This document shows, one piece after another, positions 13,301 through 25,640 of a stretch of DNA of 58,946 nt. The position numbers were made by a program, and so were the translations under genes. How positions within the stretch are numbered: the stretch's first letter is position 1; the number at the start of each line of letters is the position of its first letter. Source of the stretch: a virus (Duplodnaviria; Caudoviricetes); IMG/VR virus record IMGVR_UViG_3300024243_001175, positions 1-58,946 of that record. One strand, written 5' to 3'. Below the pieces are notes generated by a model. That model worked only from the letters and a program-made list of their open reading frames with translations, was not told the DNA's origin and did no database searches.

Positions 13301-13766
13301 GGGGCTAATCTTGGTTTCTATCGGGAGATCAGCTCGGGTTATATGCTATCAGGGAGATGTTTATGGCTTCCTTTAATCAATCATAGATAACAATAAGTGC
13401 AAATACTTATAACAGAGCCAAAGCTAGTTTATCTAACTTTGCAGCTGCAGCTTTTAAAGCTCCAGCTTTCGTTGCTGCCTAACCAAACTGGTAGTAACTG
13501 TAGCCTTTGCTAGACAATGAGTGCCGATTGGCCTGCTACACATTTTATAAAAACTTCGACTCTTAAGGTTTTATAGAATTATAAAATAGAGTTTTTTCTA
13601 ATAAGTCTTTTAATTTGTTCTTGTTTTAGAAAAATATTGTAGAATAGATTATTATGTAGTTTTTTGTTTATTTTCTTTGCTTACATAATTATTAAAATAA
13701 ACTATGATAGTAGAAGTATTTCTTTAGCCTTCCGAGACGTCGGTTCAAATCCGTCTAGCTCCACCA
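13301..13766 (+). ncRNA. ssrA: tmRNA (466 nt)
   Basis: 5' GGGGCUA pairs with UAGCUCC-ACCA (G3:U70 Ala identity); T-arm GGTTCAAATCC; tag frame 13399-13482 ANTYNRAKASLSNFAAAAFKAPAFVAA*. Confidence 0.93.
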
Positions 13767-15191
13767 TTTATGATAATTGACCTTTTGAAGGGCTTTAAAG
13801 AAGAGGTTTTCCTCAATGTAAAGCCTTTTTTTGTTGTCTATTTGGAGTTCGACCACGATAGAATTAATGATTCATACCTTTTGCTCTATATTCATCGTTT
13901 TCCACTTAGTAGAGAGCTCTACAAGGAGTTCGACCATCTTATCAAAATTCTCCAAAATATCCTTATCATCATTATCTAATCTAATAATTTGATCTTTTAA
14001 ATCAGCAATATCATTTATTAACTGATTCTTCATATCAGTGAATTCTTCAGAAGTAATTTCTCAATTAGACCTCATTTTTATAAGTGAGGTTTTTTCATTT
14101 TCTAATTTAGATAATTTTTTATTAAATACATCTCTTTTTTTTCTGTTGTATTCAACTCTTTCTGTATAGAAATCTTTTAATCAATTTTTAACATCTTCCT
14201 TATATTTCTTTGGAATACTGTATAACCAAATATTTTCATCAAAAACTTTAATAATTTCATTTTGATTATACCAAAGTCTAGTTCAAGTTGCTTTTGATTT
14301 TCTTGAGTGAACATGAAAATATATGTATTTCTTTTTTAATAATGAAGTACACATTAAATCTCATGTTTCTTTATGTCTTACTTTTCATTTTAAGGGGGTT
14401 AATTGCCTATCTAAGACATAAGTTATTCATCTTCAATATTGATTAGCCTTATCCCATAATTGTTTCGATATAAGAGATTCATGTTTTCAATCATATAATT
14501 CTCAAGCATATTCAATAACACCATAATAAAATGGATTTTTAACCATTCTTTCAATTACAGATCTAGGTACTTTATTTCATTTTTTTGTTCTTAATCATTC
14601 TTCACTTATAACACTAGTTATTAAATCATAACTATGTCATTCAGATCTCATTTCAAAAATTCTTTTTATATAATGAAAAGTATCCTTATCAATATCAGCT
14701 CATCTAGTTTCTTTATTATTTACATAACCTATAGGAACTCTTGAAACTATTCATCAAGATTTAACTTTTGTATTTATTCATTCAATCACTTTTTTTCTCA
14801 AATCAACAATATATTGATTAGAAAATCAAAAATGAATTGAAAGCATTAAAACTTGATCACCAGTAAAAATTCATTCTTTACAATGAATTTCTTGAATTTT
14901 TCTATTTTGAGCATACCATTTTAGAGTACCTTCATCTACAGCATTTCTTGTAAGTCTATCTAAATGAAGAGTAATAATAGTATCAACTTCTCATTTTTCA
15001 AGCATCATGATCATTTTGTTAAATCATTCTCTTCAAGGTTGTTTAGCACTTTTTGCTTCAAGTATTGTTTCAACAATATTAAAATTGTATTCCTTGCAAT
15101 AATCAAGACACCATTGTAGTTGAGTATCAAGTGATTGTACTTGCATATCATCTCTATCAGTTGATTTTCTACAATAGATTATTGCTCTCAT
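13755..15191 (-). CDS. Large serine recombinase (prophage integrase), 478 aa in integrated form
   Basis: MRAIIYCRKSTDRDDMQVQS catalytic motif, HLDRLTRN, PIGY; stop TAG lies inside the tmRNA acceptor stem. Confidence 0.92.
13761..13769 (+). repeat. attL core
   Basis: CCACCATTT overlapping the tmRNA CCA end. Confidence 0.75.
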
Positions 15192-15194
15192 ATT

Positions 15195-15605
15195 TTAAGT
15201 ATAGATTAGTTTTAATTTCTTTTCTATTAGTCTTTCAGGAACGACTAAAAATTGAGCTAATGTTGGAATATTTTCATGTTCTTCCCATAGCTCTTTAATT
15301 TGTGCAGTAGGACATAATAGATCCATTGCAAAATTATCTGCTTTTTTCTCCTTTTCTTCTTTACATGCAAATATTCCTTTAGATGCTCATATCTCTCAAT
15401 CGATATAATGTCATAACTCATGAGCTAAAGTAAATCTTTTTTCAGCTAAACTCAATGATTTATTAATTACAATATTTTTTCATGATATAAAACCATTAAT
15501 TTTACTAAAATTAAAGTATTCAATATTGATTCATAAGCTATGTATTACTTCTTCAATATTAATTGGTAATTCGTTGTTTTTATAATTATCTAGAAAGTCT
15601 CTCAT
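15195..15605 (-). CDS. ImmA/IrrE-family metallopeptidase (anti-repressor)
   Basis: KRFTLAHELGHY (HExxH) and EKKADNFAMDLLCP; located between repressor and integrase. Confidence 0.88.
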
Positions 15606-15677
15606 TATCAATTTTTTATTTCAATTAAAATAGTGATTTCATAAAAATACACTAAAAATAATTATTTTAAGAAAATG

Positions 15678-16133
15678 CTAGTCTTTTAACATATTTTTCA
15701 AAAAAGTTGTATCTCATTGTTCAATTTTAAACCTAGCATAAGCAATAATATCATTTAAAACAGCTTCATCATTTGTTCCAAATTCTCTTGAAAGAGCTAA
15801 CCTTAAATCTTCTAATTTTAAATTTTTTAATAAATCAGAATTATCATCTAATATTTTTCATGTAGCTATTTCATATTCATATTTCCTAGCTTTTTTTAAT
15901 AGTTTATCAAAATCAACTTCACTCATTCATAAACTTATAGCCATTTTTTTATAAATTTCTAAATTAGAAGTAGATCTTCTTCAATTTAATAAATCACTAA
16001 TATATGGTTGAGATTTATTTAATAATTCAGCTAATCATATAACAGTCTGTTCTTTTTCTTCTAAATACCTATAAATTTCAGATCCAAGAAACTTACAGAT
16101 ACTATCAATGTTAACTATTTTTTCTTTGTACAT
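15678..16133 (-). CDS. XRE-family HTH immunity repressor (ImmR/CI-like)
   Basis: TVIGLAELLNKSQPYISDLLNGRR HTH; divergent from the early lytic operon. Confidence 0.8.
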
Positions 16134-16149
16134 GTTATTATTTAAGGAA

Positions 16150-16367
16150 TATAACTAATATAGGTAATAGTATATATTTATTTACTCTAAAGTCAATAGA
16201 TTTTTAATGAAAACATCTCTCAGAGGTATAAAAAAGTGATAAAAAACATTTGCATTATACACAAAAAAGGTTATATTGGTGTTGTGGAATGCAAATGATC
16301 TTTAACATAAGCCGATAACAGACAAATAATATTTTTTTGATTTTTACTATAACCAAATTAAGTTATA
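16150..16367. promoter_or_regulatory. Lysis/lysogeny switch: divergent promoters and three operator-like palindromes
   Basis: Leftward TTGACT-N16-TATACT (16196-16169); rightward TTGCAT-N16-TATATT (16250-16277); TATAAC-N8-GTTATA-like sites at 16150, 16256 and 16348. Confidence 0.65.
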
Positions 16368-16387
16368 CAAGTAATAAAATTAAAAAA

Positions 16388-16552
16388 ATGAAATCTGAAG
16401 ATAAAAAATGGAAGTGGATTAACTGTGCTTTTTATCTCGATGAACCCATAGAGGAGAATGAGATACAAAAAGCACTTAAAGATGAGTTTGTAAAGAAAGA
16501 TTTATTTAACATAGTAGAAATTTTATTACAGGCTGATAATAATACCACTTAA
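16388..16552 (+). CDS. Small early phage protein
   Basis: MKSEDKKWKWINCAFYLDEP...; first ORF after the rightward promoter. Confidence 0.5.
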   Translation: MKSEDKKWKWINCAFYLDEPIEENEIQKALKDEFVKKDLFNIVEILLQADNNTT

Positions 16553-16562
16553 CATTAAAACA

Positions 16563-16796
16563 ATGAGATTAATAGAGAGAAAAGTTAAAGATAATACTCT
16601 GGTTGAATTATTAGCTAAAAAGCTAAAAAAGAAACCATACCTTGTAAGATATCACATCAATAAATATAAAAATCCAAGATGGGAAACTAAATGGAAGTTA
16701 ACTCAAGCTATAAATGAAATTGAGTGAAAAACTAAACAAGCTAGATATAGCATTTTAGATTTATTTGGTAATGATGATAACTTATGAGAAAAATAA
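16563..16796 (+). CDS. Cro-like HTH protein
   Basis: LVELLAKKLKKKPYLVRYHINKYKNPRWETKWKLTQAINE...YSILDLF; position in the early operon. Confidence 0.55.
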
Positions 16797-16923
16797 GGAG
16801 TAATAATAACTGCATTGTCTACAAAATAACACTAATCATCATAATAATATGATGGGTAGGACATTCTGATTACTGTACTAAAAAATTAGAATGTGAAGCT
16901 GGTTTATTTTATAACAATAGCAT

Positions 16924-17139
16924 ATGTGAACAACTGTTACAGTAGACCATAAAAAATATGAGTCTATGAAAAGAGAAATTGAGGTACTGAAAAGTATTGA
17001 TAATGATAAGTTCTGTAGATTTATAGAATTTATAAACTGATTTTCTGATGAGATTAATATAAAATGATATATTAATAATTTCATAGAAGATGAGTTATCT
17101 AAATATAGAGATTTAGAATCTAACTTAGAATTATGATAA
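16924..17139 (+). CDS. Small hypothetical phage protein
   Basis: MGTTVTVDHKKYESMKREIEVLK... open to TAA. Confidence 0.4.
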
Positions 17140-17440
17140 GAGATTTTAAAGCAAAAGAGAAGTTATTTAATAAGATAAGTAAAACTTATTATTAACTTAT
17201 AGATCAAACAAAAATGAGTGATCTAGAATACTGAAGTCTACTTGAAATATGAGATAAAATCATATCTATGGAAGATAGGTATAAAGAGAATATGTAATAG
17301 CTTTTTATTAAAACTTTATGAAAAATAAATGAAAAGAAAGAGCTTCTAATAAAAGAAGCTCAATCCGTGAACACTCATTTACACATAAGTGAAATAAGCT
17401 ATGACATAATAGTAATTTATTACATTAAGTCAATAACACG

Positions 17441-18247
17441 ATGACAGATATACAACTTTGGAAAGACCAAACTAAGCTATCAGAGGTAAAGCAATTATTT
17501 GCACCTAAGCTAACTGAAAATGAATTCAATACATTTGTATGAATTTGAAAAGCAACTTGATTAAACCCATTTTTGAGAGAAATATGGGCTGTTAAGTATT
17601 CAACTCAACCTGCAAGTATATTTATATGAAGAGATGGTTATAGAAAATCAGCTCAATCGAATAAAGAGTATGACTATCATACAGTAGATTCGGTATATTC
17701 AAATGACATATTTGAGGTAGAAAACTGAGAAGTTAAACATAAATATAACTTCACAAATAGATGAAATCTAGTCTGAGCATACTGTATAGTAAAAAGAAAA
17801 ACTGCAAGTAAATCAATGTTTAGTTTTGTAGATTTATGAGAATATAATACGAATTTGAGTGTATGGAAACAAAAACCAGCAACAATGATTAAAAAAGTAG
17901 CTGAAGCTCAAGCTCTTAGATGAACATTTCAAGAACTTTTCGCAGGAACTTATGATGAAAGTGAAGAAATAAAAGATGATGTTAAACAAGAAGTAAGTGA
18001 AGATACACAAAATAAAAATTATGAGCTATATTATGATAAAATGATGGCTGTAATAAATGAAGATGAACTTAGAAAAGTTTTTATAGAACTGAATAAAGAA
18101 AGGAAGAAAAATAAAGATTATATTTCTGAGAATAAGGTTAAAGAATTAGTGAAAATAAAAGATGAAGTAAAAGAAAAATTAACTGATAATATTGTAGAAG
18201 CTGAAATAGTAGAAGAAAAACCAAAACCTAAGACTAAATCTAAATAA
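17441..18247 (+). CDS. bet: Phage single-strand annealing protein Bet (RecT family)
   Basis: ATGLNPFLREIWAVKY, IFIGRDGYRK, WKQKPATMIKKVAEAQALR, AGTYDESE. Confidence 0.9.
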
Positions 18248-18268
18248 TAATTCCTAATAAAACTAAAC

Positions 18269-19318
18269 ATGTGAAAAATTAAAAGTTTAAGCTGGTCTAA
18301 GTTAAGCTCATTTGAGAACTATAGATCACAATTTATAAAAACATATTTCGAGGAAGAACCATTCTTTGAAACAAAAGAGATAATTTTTTGAAAAATACTT
18401 TGAACTATGATTGAACTTTGAAGTTTTGATGAAGAAGAAATAATCTTAACTTTATCAAAAAATAGAAATTGAGAAGTAGAACAAATAGAATGATGGAAAG
18501 AGAAAAATTATAGAGAAACTATTGCTAGAATTTCTGAAAATGAGGATTTTATAGAAACACTCCTAAACTTCCAATTTGATTTATATCCTGTATATGAGCA
18601 AAAGCTTCAACAATTTATAGATTGAATCTTCTGTCTTTGATTTTTAGATAATTGTCCTGATATAGTAGATGATTGATTAGAGAGTTTTAGAGAATTTAAA
18701 ACAGGTAAAAAACCTTGGGATCAAGAAAGAGCTGATAATCACTGACAATTATATTTTTATGCAATGCTTATAGAAGAGCAATCGTGAAAAATACCAACTC
18801 ATGCTTACCTTGATTGGCTAGAAACATCAGAAGATTCTGTCTGAAATATAATACCAACTTGAGAAATAAAAACATTTAAAGTAAACATAGATCCAAAGGA
18901 AGTAAAAAAGATGAGAAAAAAAGTACCAAAGGCTTTTGAAGAAATGAATAAAGAATATGAAAAATGGCTTGAATCTCAAGAATGACAATTAGAGATAGAT
19001 TCAACTGATATGGAGGAATATGTAAGACTTGAAAGAGAAAAAAGAGAAATTATAGATAAACAAACAGTATTGAAAAAGGAGATTGATAAACATATGAAAG
19101 AAAAAAAAGTAGATACATTTAAAAGAGATTGATTATGAAGCTTCTATTATCTTCAGAAGAAAAAATGGGATTACTCAGATGATATAATATCAAAAGAGGA
19201 AACTGTAAACCAAAAATATAAACAGGAAATGCTAGAGGTTAATGACTTAAAAAATGACTTCGAGGAATCACATACACCTGAGATATCCTATAATCTGAGT
19301 TTTAGACTCTGAAAATAG
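18269..19318 (+). CDS. PD-(D/E)XK exonuclease, Bet partner
   Basis: LSWSKLSSF, GFLDN...REFKTGK, GQLYFYAML. Confidence 0.8.
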
Positions 19319-19686
19319 GAACTAATGAGGAACTTATAGAATATCTTAAAACTGCAAGAAAAAGGCTTTACAAAGTGAAAGCCTTTTCTCGTTCCCGTTC
19401 GATTCCTCAAAACTCTTATCTACATTTAATATTTGATTTTTTAGAAGATTATTGAGAAACATGACATGATAAAGATGAACTGAAAGAAATATTGAAATCT
19501 AAGTTTTTAAGAACTTATTCATTTAAATTAAGAACAACTTATATAAAACCAACAAGAAGTCTTAGTAATAGAGAAATGACAATATTTATAAATAAAATAA
19601 GAGTTTGGGCTCGAGATTTCTTGAGTTTAGATATTCCTGATCCTGAAGAAAAAAGGATGCTTGAATATTATAATAACAAGATCTAA
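19309..19686 (+). CDS. NinB/DUF1367-like recombination protein (start uncertain)
   Basis: RSIPQNSYLHLIF...TRSLSNREMTIFINKIRVWARDFLSLDIPDP; no in-frame ATG near the 5' end (CTG 19309 or GTG 19375). Confidence 0.55.
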
Positions 19687-19688
19687 AA

Positions 19689-20507
19689 ATGCTTAAAAAC
19701 TGATATGCAATATGTGATAATGATTGGTTGTTTGAAAAGAAAATAAAATCAGAACTACAATTATTATTATATATTTCTAGCTTAACAGCTGAAAAAGGTT
19801 TTTGTTTTGCTAGTAATTCGCATTTATCTAAAAAGCTGAAATTACACGAAACCAATATTAGTAAAAAAATAAAAAAATTAGAAAAATTATGATTTGTTAA
19901 TATTGAATACGAGTATAGATGATGAGAGGTTATTAGTAGAAAAATACGATTAGCAAAAACACTAACCGACGATAGACAAAAACACCAACCGACGATTAGC
20001 AAAAATGCCAAAGATAATAATACAAGTATTAATAATAACTCTAAAGAGTTAAAGAAGATTGAATCTTCTTCTAATATTGTTAATAAAATTGAATATTGAG
20101 ATAAAGAAATAAATGCTCTTTTAGAATTCTTATATAAATCAATTTGAATTGATGATTTTAAAGAACCTCAGAAATGGCAAAGAATATTCTGAAAACAATG
20201 TATAACATTGATCAAAAGAATATGAAAACAAGAATTTATAAGAAGATTTAAATTAGTATTAGAAGATAACTTTAAAATAAAGAACTGTAATAGTATTAAT
20301 TATCTTTATAAGGAAATAAAAAGTTTTATGCATTCTCCTTTAGTTTGAAGTATATCTGATAGAGTTATAGTTGATAATTTAAGTAAAAATCTAGATATAA
20401 AACAAAAGAAAAAACTGAATGAGATTATTGGAACTTGGAAAGAAGCTCATAAACATAAAGAATTAAGTGAATGAGTTATACAAAATATGATAGATAGTAT
20501 TTTATAA
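19689..20507 (+). CDS. Phage replication initiator (N-terminal HTH_36-like)
   Basis: ISSLTAEKGFCFASNSHLSKKL...ISKKIKKLEKLGFV; internal iteron-like repeats. Confidence 0.78.
19946..20013 (+). repeat. Three 23-bp iteron-like repeats (putative phage origin)
   Basis: ACGATTAGCAAAAACACTAACCG / ACGATAGACAAAAACACCAACCG / ACGATTAGCAAAAATGCCAAAG followed by an AT-rich tract. Confidence 0.65.
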
Positions 20508-20517
20508 CCAAATTAAA

Positions 20518-21855
20518 ATGCAAGAATTAGAAAAAGAGTTTATAGAATTAGAACTCTCAAATATTATTCCATATGAGAATAATAATAAAATTCATACAGA
20601 TAAAGATGTATGAGAATTAGTAATATCAATACAAAAAGATGGATATATAGCACCGATAATAGTAGATGATAAAAATGTGATACTAGCATGACATTGAAGA
20701 ACTCTAGCACTTGAAAAAATGTGAGTAGAAAAAGTACAAGTTATGAGAGTTTATTGATTAAATGAAAATCAAAAAAAGGATTATAGAATTAGAGATAATA
20801 CTACAAACCTATTAGCTGAATTTAATATTGAGAATCTGAAAATAGATCTAGCTAGTTTATGAGATTTTTCTATTGATATTGTGGATCATCTCAAGTTTGA
20901 TTTAAACTTCAATTTATTTGATAGTGAAGAATTTAACGAAGAAATAGAAGATGAAGTACCTTTTACTGATAATAAAAAGATTATAGTAAAGTCTTGAGAT
21001 ATATTTCAGCTTTGAGAACATAGATTGATGTGTTGAGATTCAACTAAAATAGAAGATGTTGAAAAATTAATGAACAACAAGTTAGCTGACATGATTTTTA
21101 CAGATCCACCGTATAATGTGAATTATAAATGACAAGGAAAAATTACAGGTACTGATAGAAAAATAGAAAATGATAATATGAGTGATGCTAATTTTAAGTG
21201 TTTCTTAGATGATACTTTTTCTGTATATAAAAAGTCTATTAAAAAAGAAGCTTGAACTTATGTATTTCATTCTACTTCTACAGCAAGTATTTTTGAAAAA
21301 TCTTTAAAAGACCACTGATTTGATATAAAGAATCAGCTTATATGGAATAAACCAAGCTCAGCACTTTGATGGGGAAATTATAGATGGAAGCATGAGCCTT
21401 TTTTTTATTGCTGAATAAAATGAAATTCTACCAATTTTTATTGAGATAGAACTCATGCTACAGTAATTGAAACTTTAAAAGGAAAAACAGATAAACAGCT
21501 TTTAAATATATTAAAGAGAGCTAAAGAAGCTGAGAATGAATGAAAAACTACCATATGGAGTATGAAAAGAGCAAATGTTAATGAATATGTTCATCCTACT
21601 CAAAAACCAGTAGAACTTATAGAGTATGCTTTGAATAATAGTAGTAAACCTTGAGATGTTATCTTAGATTTATTTTGATGAAGTTGATCTACTATGATTG
21701 CATCAGAAAAAAGACAAAGAAAATGTTTTATGATGGAACTTGATACAGTGTTTATACAAACTATCATAAAAAGATATTACGATGTAACAAATTGAAAAAA
21801 AGAGCTGTTATGTCTAAATAGAAAATTAGATATTAATAAAATTCTAGATGATTAA
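20518..21855 (+). CDS. ParB-like domain fused to an N6/N4 DNA methyltransferase
   Basis: PIIVDDKNVILAGHGR; FTDPPYNV; HPTQKPVELIE; LDLFGGSGST. Confidence 0.9.
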
Positions 21856-22333
21856 AAGAAACTCCAAAAAAAAGGGTAAAAAAATAGCTTTAAAGGATAA
21901 ACAAAAAACTGTAAAAGTCACTGAAAAAGATATTCCAAAAGAAGAAAATAATTGAAATATTTGAGCTGGAAGACCTAAGAAAATGACAGATCACACTATC
22001 CAAAAATTAAAGCTATGTTTTGCAGTAGGTATGACAGACCTACAAGCCTCTTACTTCTGCTGAATATCGAAGAGCTCTTTATATTTATATCAGTCAGAAA
22101 ATCCTGAATTTTTGGAGGAAAAAGAGATACTTAAAGATAGTATTTCTATGCAAGCTAGATTGAACATTTGATGAAATATAAAAAGCTGAGATACAGCTGA
22201 TTCGAAATGGTGGCTTACTATGAAAGATAAAGACTTTATGAATAAGCTACAACTTCACCAATGAAGTCCACTTACATTATCTGAAGAAGATAAGGTTATA
22301 TATGAAAAAATATTAAAAAATAATTTATGATAA
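21848..22333 (+). CDS. terS: Terminase small subunit
   Basis: AGRPKKMT...QASYFCGISKSSLYLYQSENPEF; immediately before the large subunit. Confidence 0.7.
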
Positions 22334-22334
22334 T

Positions 22335-23810
22335 ATGAAAAGAGATAGAGAACTTTTAAGTTATCTCTTTACAAACCCTGATAAAATATTTTTAAGAAAG
22401 GAATACTTTAAATGAGATTTTCTTTCTTTTTGTCTGTACTACTTTCCTAATGAATTTACACATCCACTAGCTGAATTCCATATGGATTATTTAGATGAAC
22501 TTCAAAAAATGAACAATATATTTTTTGTTTGATTTAGAGAATGTGCTAAAACTATGTTTCTGACTTATTATTATATTTATGTGATAGTATACCAAAAAAG
22601 AAGATACATAATGCATTATAATTCAGAGATAGAACAAGCTAAATCAATGTTGCTTGATGTTATAATTATTTTGCAAACAAATGAATTATTGATACATGAT
22701 TTTTGAAATCTATATATTCCTCCTGAATGAAGAAAACAAAATGAACCAACAAAGAAAACAATTTGAGAATTTATGATAGATTGAAATATAAAAGTTCAAG
22801 CTATGAGTATTTGAAAAAGTCCAAGATGAAAAAAATATCTTTGAAGAGATGGTAGAACACATAGACCTGACTTAGTATGATTTGATGATATAGATACAAA
22901 TAAAAATACTAGAAATCCTGATTTAATTGAAGCTGATATGAGGTTTTTAACTTGAGAAGTATTTGGTTGATTAAATGCTTTTGCTCAAAAAATATTCCTT
23001 TGAAATGTTATTAATGAAGATGGTAGAGTTCCAAGATTAAAGAAATTCTTTGAAGCTAATAAAGATTTTAAAGTATTTTGGATACCAATAAGAATTAAAT
23101 GAAAAATAACATGGAATAGATTTGTGGCAACTGATAAAGAAGCTGAAGAAAAAAATAATTGAATTACCGATAATGCTTATAAGTTTATATCACTACAAAC
23201 TAAAAGGAGAGATGGTTCTATTTGATATAATCAGAACTTTAATTTAATACCATATGTAAATGGTCAAAGAATTATAAAAAAGTCTGACATAAAATACTAT
23301 TACTGATTACCAAAGGTATATCGTGTAGTATTTTGAATAGATCCAGCTTTTTCAGAAAAAACTTGAACTGATGCAATGTGATTAACAATAACAGCTCAGG
23401 AAAAATACATGTGAGAAATATACAAATATATTATTGAATCAATTGCTTTTGAAGAAAGTGATAAGGATGAAGATAAGTTTTGTAATAGTGTCGCAGAGTT
23501 ATATCACAAATATAAATGTGATTTGATATATATTGAACAAAATAATGGTTGATTAATACTTGCTAGAATGCTGAAAAAAAGATGATTAGCAGTGATAGTT
23601 ATAAATTCAGAAAAGGATAAAGTAACAAGACTAAGAGAATATCAGTGAGAGTTTGAAAGATGACTTATAAAATTTAACCCTGATACTCATAGTGTATTAG
23701 GCTTAGAAAAACAATTACTTGCATTTCCAAATGATGAACATGATGATCTTGTTGATAGTATGGTTTTTAGTTTTAAACCATTCTCTTGATGAGAAATTAG
23801 AGCTTTTTAA
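22335..23810 (+). CDS. terL: Terminase large subunit
   Basis: GFRECAKT (Walker A variant), RPDLVGFDDID, FGIDPAFS, FPNDEHDDLVDS. Confidence 0.9.
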
Positions 23811-23820
23811 TTAATTTAAT

Positions 23821-24297
23821 ATGAGTTTAATACAGCAAAGAATTAAAGAGTTTCTTGATATTAATAATATGAAAAAGTTAAGACATGAAACTTGAATATG
23901 ATGTAAGGCTATTTACTCAATTATGAGATGACATAAAAATAAAAAATATACATCTCAAACTCTTGATACCTTGTATGATTTTTTTGAATTAGAAAAAGAT
24001 AATTTTTATAAAGAAAATCAAAAGAAGTGGTTAAAGAGTGATGAAAGTATCCTCTGAGTTTTACTTAAAAAAAAAAGAGAGCAACTTCAGTTATCTAAAA
24101 AAGAAGTAGCAAAAATTATAAAGTGAACTGAAAGAGAGATGACAAGAATAGAATCATGAGATGTAGCACCAAAATTTAACTCATATTATTTAAGAGAGCT
24201 AATAAAATTATATAATTTCTCTGAAAGTGAATGAAATCAAATTAAATGGTATGTTGCAAGTTTACATGATATAATTGAGTTAAATAGAAATACATAA
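23821..24297 (+). CDS. Tandem XRE-HTH regulator (candidate late-gene regulator)
   Basis: KLRHETGIGCKAIYSIMRG and LKKKREQLQLSKKEVAKIIKGTEREMTRIESG; ends 2 nt before the first GACCTTGAGGGGAA box. Confidence 0.7.
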
Positions 24298-24299
24298 AA

Positions 24300-24352
24300 G
24301 ACCTTGAGGGGAAAGACAAAGACTAGATAATAATTCTAGTCTTTATTTTTTT
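24300..24352 (+). promoter_or_regulatory. Late-box/terminator cassette 1 (before portal)
   Basis: GACCTTGAGGGGAA-N12-GATAAT; hairpin AAAGACTAGA/TCTAGTCTTT plus T-tract. Confidence 0.7.
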
Positions 24353-24362
24353 GTATAAATCT

Positions 24363-25640
24363 ATGCCTAACAAAACAAGAATAAAATTATTTAATTCAAC
24401 TAAATCAAAACAGATTGATGATAAGAGTGATGATTTATTTAGTAATAAAGAGTGAATTCTAGAACCTGAGGTATGATTTGAAGAATTATTGTATGCTTAT
24501 GATAATAGTTCTATTATAGCTTGAATTATAAAGAAAATATCATCAAAGGTAGATAGTGGTTTTCAGTTAACTGAGAATGAACAACTAGATCATCTTTTAA
24601 AGAATTTAGATATGGAAGTTATTTCACAAAATCTTTTAACTTTCTGAAATTCTTTCTCTGAAAGATTAAAAAATTGAAAAAAAGAAAATTTATTAGAGTT
24701 TGAAACTATTTTAACTCCATCAATCAGAAAAACATCATGAAATACTAAAAAAATAGATTATTACCAAAGAAGTAAGAAGTGAATTAAGAAAGTTCCTTTT
24801 TCTAGTGATGAGGTATTATTTTTTAAAAGATGATCTCTTGGAGATAAACATTACTGAGATAGTTTATTTCATTCTTGTATTGATGAAGTAGTTTTATTAG
24901 CATTTATAACTAAATACTATAAAAACTTCTTTAAATGATGAAATATTGAGCCTAATATACTATATGATGAACTATGAAATCTTACAACCGAGCAAGTTGA
25001 AAAAATAGAAGAAATGATCAAGGATAAAATATCATGAATAGATAATTCTCATAATACTTTATTTTTAACTTGAAAGATTTGAAAAATAGATTTATCAACA
25101 AGGATAGATCCTGATAAGTTTATAGCTCTAAAAAGAGAATTAAAAGAAGATATATCAATATCAACTAATATTCCTTTTGATTTATTATCATCAAAGAACT
25201 CAAATAAAGCTACTAGTAATACAGCATTAGAAAGTCTATACTCTGATATTATAATACCACTTCAAAATAAAATACTAAGACAATTAAAAGCTCAACTAAT
25301 TGCTTGGAAAAAATCTAATGAAAATGATTTATTTTTAAAAGATATTTCTGAAGATGAAATAAATGAGATTGAATTTAATAAAGTAGATTTGAAAAATTGA
25401 GTTGATGAAATGAAAATAGCAACTTGATATAAAAAAGCAGGTATCACTACAGCTAATGAGCAAAGAGAAAAGCTTGGTCTTGATACTGTACCTTGATGAG
25501 ATGAACTACAAACATCATGATGATCAGAGTTTGATAATAAAGAAGATATGGAACTAGATGAAGTAGAAAAGAAATTAAATAATAATTACTCAAAATGGTG
25601 AAACTTTTTAAATAAAATTTGAATATGAAAAAACAAATAA
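24363..25640 (+). CDS. Portal protein (PBSX-like)
   Basis: YYKNFFKGGNIEPNILYD, KEDISISTNIPFDLL, IIPLQNKI, GITTANEQREKLGL. Confidence 0.8.

Noticed and set aside
13770-13979. 69-aa plus-strand ORF and repeated GGAGTTCGACCA (T-loop-like)
   Set aside because: Antisense to the integrase; the repeat corresponds to two V-E-L coding stretches and forms no cloverleaf
16784-17430. Several very short early ORFs (16784-16945, 17214-, 17318-)
   Set aside because: Plausible phage micro-genes but too short and motif-free to support
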